From a candidate division FCPU426 bacterium (lineage in GTDB: Bacteria; Oederibacteriota; PGYV01; Palsa-1178), in contig CAWIXE010000001.1 in assembly GCA_963840035.1 (NCBI GenBank), positions 1,088,001 to 1,152,000 on the forward strand: a DNA stretch of 64,000 nucleotides. Reading direction: 5' to 3'. How positions within the stretch are numbered: position 1 is the first letter of the stretch; every line of letters starts with the position of its first letter. Shown in pieces: positions 61,501 through 64,000 of the stretch. The notes below the pieces were generated by a model. It saw only the letters and a list, made by a program, of their open reading frames with translations. It had not been told where the DNA came from and searched no databases. The translations under genes and the position numbers were made by a program.

Positions 61501-64000
61501 GTAACAGAAACAATAACGCAAACTGTTACACAGACTGCGACAGAAACAGCCACCGAGTCCGTAACAGAGACAATAACGCAGACTGAAACGCAAACGGCTA
61601 CTGAGTCTATTACAGAGACCATATCGCAAACCATTACACAGACAGTTACAGAAACGGCAACTGCGTCTGTAACAGAAACAACAACGCAGACCATGACGCA
61701 GACTGCAACTGAAACAGCCACCGAGTCTGTAACAGAGACAATAACGCAGACAGTAACGCAAACGGCTACAGAGTCTATTACTGAGACCATAACGCAGACC
61801 ACTACACAGACAGCTACAGAAACGGCAACTGAGTCTGTAACAGAAACAATAACACAGACCATTACGCAGACAGCGACAGAGACAGCAACTGAAACAGCCA
61901 CACAGACTGCGACTGAAACAGCCACACAGACTGCGACTGAGACAACCACACAGACTGCGACTGAGACAGCCACACAGACTGCAACAGAGACAGCGACAGA
62001 GACTGCGACAGAGACAGCGACAGAGACAGCGACAGAGACTGCGACAGAGACAGCCACAGAGACAGCGACTGAGACTGCCACACAGACTGCGACTGAAACA
62101 GCAACAGAGACAGCAACAGAGACAGCAACAGAGACAGCAACAGAGACAGCAACAGAGACAGCAACTGAGACAGCAACTGAGACAGCAACTGAGACAGCAA
62201 CTGAGACAGCAACTGAGACAGCCACACAGACTGCGACTGAGACAGCCACACAGACTGCGACTGAGACAGCAACAGAGACAGCAACTGAGACAGCAACTGA
62301 GACAGCAACTGAGACAGCAACTGAGACAGCAACTGAGACAGCAACTGAGACAGCAACTGAGACAGCAACTGAGACAGCCACAGAGACTGCGACTGAGACA
62401 GCCACACAGACTGCGACTGAGACAGCCACTGAGACAGCGACTGAGACTGCCACACAGACTGCAACTGAGACAGCCACAGAGACAGCGACTGAGACAGCGA
62501 CTGAGACAGCGACTGAGACAGCGACTGAGACAGCGACTGAGACAGCGACTGAGACAGCGACTGAGACAGCGACTGAAACAGTGACTGAAACAGCGACTGA
62601 AACAGCCACAGAGACTGTGACTGAGACCGCCACACAGACTGCGACTGAGACCGCAACTGAGACAGCAACTGAGACAGCGACTGAAACAGCCACAGAGACT
62701 GCGACTGAAACAGCGACTGAGACTGCCACACAGACTGCAACTGAGACTGCAACTGAGACTGCAACTGAGACTGCAACTGAGACTGCAACTGAGACTGCAA
62801 CTGAGACTGCAACTGAGACTGCAACTGAGACTGCGACTGAGACAGCCACACAGACTGCGACTGAGACAGCCACACAGACAGCAACTGAGACAGCAACTGA
62901 GACAGCAACTGAGACAGCAACTGAGACAGCAACTGAGACAGCAACTGAGACAGCAACTGAGACAGCAACTGAGACAGCAACTGAGACAGCAACTGAGACA
63001 GCAACTGAGACAGCGACTGAGACTGCGACTGAGACTGCGACTGAGACTGCGACTGAGACAACCACACAGACTGCGACTGAGACAGCCACACAGACTGCGA
63101 CTGAAACTGCCACAAAGACTGCGACAGAAACTGCCACAGAGACTGCGACAGAAACTGCCACAGAGACTGCGACAGAAACTGCCACAGAGACTGCGACAGA
63201 AACTGCCACAGAGACTGCGACAGAAACTGCCACAGAGACTGCGACAGAAACTGCCACAGAGACTGCGACAGAAACTGCCACAGAGACTGCGACAGAAACT
63301 GCCACAGAGACTGCGACAGAAACTGCCACAGAGACTGCGACAGAAACTGCCACAGAGACTGCGACAGAAACTGCCACAGAGACTGTGGATTTAACAACAA
63401 CACAGACTGTTACTGAAACCATCACGGAAACAATTACAAAAACAGCTACGGAGACAGTTTCTCAGACAGTGACAGAAACATTCACAGAGACTGCAACTGA
63501 AACCGCAACAGAAACAGTTACGATGACTGCAACTGAAAGTATTACACAGACGGTTTCTGAAACCGCAACGCAGAGCGTAACGGAAACTTCTACTGAGACA
63601 GCCACAGAGACCGTGACTCAAACAGCTACTGAAACCGTATCGCATACCGTCACACAAACAGCAACCCCGACACCGTCGTGGACCAATACGGACACTGCTA
63701 CTGATACTGCCACGCCAAGCGCCACCGGGACAGGTACATACAGCGCGACAGCAACATGGACTTATACATCAACTCCCACAATAACTGAAACGGCAACACA
63801 GACTATGACACAAACAGTTACCCAGACTAATACAGAGACTTTAACCGGAACGCCCACATGGACAATCACAGGCACTGTGTCATTTACAGCCACACCGACC
63901 TCAACGCGCACTGCCACAGGGACATATACCATGACACCGACATGGAGCGTATCGCCGACAGTCACAATTACTTCGACTCCTTATGGCCCCAACACCATAA
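52591..64000 (+). CDS. Giant secreted adhesin/S-layer-like protein (at least 3803 aa, 3'-truncated): Ig/CARDB-like domains, DUF11-like domain, two long TxTQ/TxTE tracts
   Basis: ATG 52591 (MAGERGNKKL...VFFTPAFA signal peptide). Missing from the ORF track, which implies no stop before the window end; spot translations are open. DQNTAND CARDB-like motif; DUF11-like at about 60770-61125. Confidence 0.85.
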   Translation, partial: MAGERGNKKLTRAGKMTGMAHIVMSAIFICTVFFTPAFASDKAKGPIVAYDTATGGFIYKGLRSSINKKHISKLKKIRPGNVPSSQRGSEKPEEFSADEATALELSGRTDISSLKKARSSSRKLSDKVIRVELSGKVDGAWYRLSARIPAGMNVEKIIRDDGIEIRNNNLASNGLYYDGAAAYMEGDTLYFYDDPISGYSVVLTPSQGYYSIMVEIPPGNAGATSPCGQQSALIYPYNGETALASGAVPASYKDHMGRANDNFANDIDNAAGAKIGFRFTNTTTYQYGNPGAGATSQTYNDNMFTMVAPATYTHLAFTPWGEPESVIIERFRQTDETVDRINFEFTKKTIIRGNKKWYGTIYYFRNNSAGKNATNVKFFQGADMNFNGSINNDNCAYLSASDIVYGYKGTLEAINPSYSYAGFSAFRHSDFHDANDYIQMWTDIRGLYVPNVDDLPNTPATTGDAGIALQWNMGNMDSGTSQRLEVIWGFGNTLNGKTYEDMVDEINYGKSKLHDTGISEISSPADGSSYVNTDGSVTVNGTVVNYGITDWTGLPVYVLVKDEAGTIVNAADPNSICAYVDLAVPSPESAAVSYNVDLSTLAPGKYTVTMLTDLSKDSYVLPNIAAVPDQNTANDSKTITIYVEGIKVTPENTIISGAGLAADRTLTIENRTLVNDRYNIKLAQSSLGWPTYLLNSAGTVTIAYDSNGDGTWDYINSTYNNDSDAYPDINVTSMGTNSIILRKMVPAGAYPGQMDSTYLTFTGIGNPKIMASVIEKTAVTANIAATKTLWLHGTVMPPVTWPQPEFTYSLTTLTDTAGTGTSTPINRYTSRSWELSPALYRDLRLTGDVVFNAYIQNAVAVNVKAVLYYTNGVNDTKRIGELPVNLAIHAGATLIPITIPVAAPVTIPAGYRLVVTLFNLGNNNATVNVYHNQVITQASNLRLPVDTYVNVDWIRSFEDGTLTRTAYTYGDNIRISALISDMFGSYDIDDITGARITIRDNNNNVYGTADSFMTHEYTDTSAVSGYKTFISDITLPASGAITGTWTVSVSGYETNGVSHTKTYTFIVSAPHHVNIYPADISSPIYGTVTMTAQVMDSYGNSLAFPQWITLTANAGTSASFNSVPPGWAILGLSAYGPADANGSAIFSITDGVAQSVTITPGFSGSTGDGISNAHFLAAHHAVASVSGGVAVTGTAGTGETVRIQLVDILGNPVASQQNITVRLSNNGIIMSSSVLGWDLLWGNFASGMTNASGYVDLVVMDNIVETLTVIPDTGVNHSFDRGIDLYFVAQGPDHVELVDPDGGTLTAGCQKLINIRVVDADGYAVSGGPFNIVVSAPPKAVFTSTTLAGAVAGTGSISGATDANGFATATLQDFYAQAVTITAASSLVGSVASPSRDKPLRLEWFAGVGDHVVAKADEEYVNIGTTVIVRMQVVDLYGNSVSVSQAVNVWTINPAQFTATTLGAPLSGVASNSVSGTTDANGYATIVIYNETAQTDIITATGPGLQGMPETGRVVYTSNLPTLTFSPTISATYTVTATNTPTFTITRTWTASPVYTFTGTRTLMPTKTITQTWTSTYTVTKTSTATQTGTQTVTQTATQTTTQTATPSISPTFSATVCIAYNTSGGNNAAAGPAFNVNNITVANVANRIMVVGVWHDVASTVTCSYGGVGMTLYASINNGAGSYMKIFILNNPAVGTANVTGTLVPNARSAVAVGVYNGVSGIGATASDTADSATPYSILLNTTEDNSYHVSFRGDRTNAAYTAAGSNLRLTQNGNNRSIAMADRYVATALTASTINFAQVGGNSASVGYSLELLAACNPTHTYTPTVSPSFTQTHTVTPTPTVSQTVTQTVTQTLTQTVTQTGTQTVTQTATQTATQTVTKTVTQTVTQTATQTATQTATQTATQTVTQTVTKTATQTATQTATQTATQTVTQTVTQTVTKTVTQTATQTITQTVTQTATQTATKTATQTVTQTVTKTVTQTATQTVTQTVTQTVTQTVTQTVTQTVTQTVTQTVTQTVTQTVTQTVTQTVTQTVTQTITQTVTQTVTQTVTQTATQTITQTITQTATQTITQTVTQTATQTITQTATQTATQTATQTATQTVTQTVTQTATQTATQTATQTATQTATQTATQTATQTATQTITQTVTQTITQTVTQTVTQTATQTATQTATQTATQTATQTITQTDTQTITQTATQTITQTDTQTITQTATETITQTDTQTITQTATQTVTQTVTQTATQTATQTVTQTITQTVTQTATQTITQTITQTATQTITQTVTQTATQTITQTVTQTATQTITQTVTQTITQTVTQTATQTATQTATQTATQTITQTATQTATQTATQTATQTATQTATQTATQTATQTATQTATQTATQTATQTATQTATQTATQTATQTATQTATQTATQTATQTATQTATQTATQTATQTATQTATQTATQTATQTATQTATQTATQTATQTATQTATQTITQTDTQTATQTATETATQTVTQTDTQTATQTATQTITQTDTQTATQTATETATQTITQTDTQTATQTATETATQTVTQTDTQTATQTATQTITQTDTQTATQTATQTATETATQTITQTDTQTATQTATETATQTVTQTDTQTATQTITQTVTETITQTITQTITQTVTETNTQTTTETITETITRTLTQTVTQTITETETQTITQTQTQTITETTTRTITETITPTYTVTRTITQTITETATATITPTNTPMLPLDIGKSASAANLDRGETITYTLNYQNMTGQNLNNVVIYDTVPADLTYIDSSPVAVLSSGVVEFNLGTITTGSSGAVSWRGYVNAGTGYSTVINNIAVIDDDRPGAPVVESNNVSFTVLQNTPTITETSTPTATQTVTETMTQTATETASQTATQTATQTATQTATQTATQTATQTATQTATQTATQTATQTATQTATQTATQTATQTATQTATQTATQTATESITETITQTMTQTATETATESVTETITQTVTQTATETATESVTETITQTETQTATESITETISQTITQTVTETATASVTETTTQTMTQTATETATESVTETITQTVTQTATESITETITQTTTQTATETATESVTETITQTITQTATETATETATQTATETATQTATETTTQTATETATQTATETATETATETATETATETATETATETATETATQTATETATETATETATETATETATETATETATETATETATETATETATQTATETATQTATETATETATETATETATETATETATETATETATETATETATETATETATQTATETATETATETATQTATETATETATETATETATETATETATETATETATETATETVTETATETATETVTETATQTATETATETATETATETATETATETATETATQTATETATETATETATETATETATETATETATETATETATQTATETATQTATETATETATETATETATETATETATETATETATETATETATETATETATETATETATETTTQTATETATQTATETATKTATETATETATETATETATETATETATETATETATETATETATETATETATETATETATETATETATETATETATETATETATETATETVDLTTTQTVTETITETITKTATETVSQTVTETFTETATETATETVTMTATESITQTVSETATQSVTETSTETATETVTQTATETVSHTVTQTATPTPSWTNTDTATDTATPSATGTGTYSATATWTYTSTPTITETATQTMTQTVTQTNTETLTGTPTWTITGTVSFTATPTSTRTATGTYTMTPTWSVSPTVTITSTPYGPNTI
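58120..60740 (+). repeat. 12-bp coding tandem repeat tract (Thr-X-Thr-Gln)n
   Basis: ACAGCAACACAG/ACAGTAACGCAG units. Confidence 0.95.
61140..63660 (+). repeat. 12-bp coding tandem repeat tract (TATQ)n then (TATE)n
   Basis: ACAGCAACGCAG then ACAGCAACTGAG/ACTGCGACAGAA units. Confidence 0.95.

Noticed and set aside
58120..63660. Possible CRISPR array or telomere-like repeat
   Set aside because: Contiguous 12-bp coding units with no unique spacers and no cas genes
58156..63965. Long minus-strand Cys/Leu/Arg-rich, Val/Ala/Ser-rich and SQSL-rich ORFs
   Set aside because: Antisense shadows of the plus-strand 12-bp Thr repeat; no RBS or signal peptide, and they end at tract borders

Overview
Bacterial chromosomal window of moderate GC from a diderm organism. 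The outer-membrane barrels, Thr-rich secreted proteins and multiple PorV-like genes resemble candidate phyla such as Goldiibacteriota; this is an inference and was not verified. Housekeeping genes are rpsO, pnp and pepA. The window also holds many PAS histidine kinases and response regulators, a sigma54 activator sitting directly upstream of a clear -24/-12 promoter and a 61-aa target gene, a CBM-containing GH-A glycoside hydrolase and a hicB-hicA pair. Three separate loci place a large secreted protein with a T9SS-type/FlgD-Ig C-terminal sorting domain directly before PorV-family barrels. Two of these barrels are fused to OmpA or TPR domains, and one is followed by a PilT-TPR ATPase. The last 11.4 kb is one giant ORF missing from the ORF track (52591 to beyond 64000, at least 3803 aa) with very long Thr-X-Thr-Gln/Glu tetrapeptide tracts. 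It lies downstream of merR-comFB and a 41-bp palindrome that encodes two divergent consensus promoters. Intergenic DNA is rich in small palindromic elements: GTAG-type REPs, two IS256/Mutator-like MITEs with target-site duplications next to promoters, heptamer-repeat hairpins, and a promoter-driven long hairpin hiding a 40-codon ORF. Two genes appear split by single-base frameshifts. No rRNA, tRNA, CRISPR array or transposase was seen.
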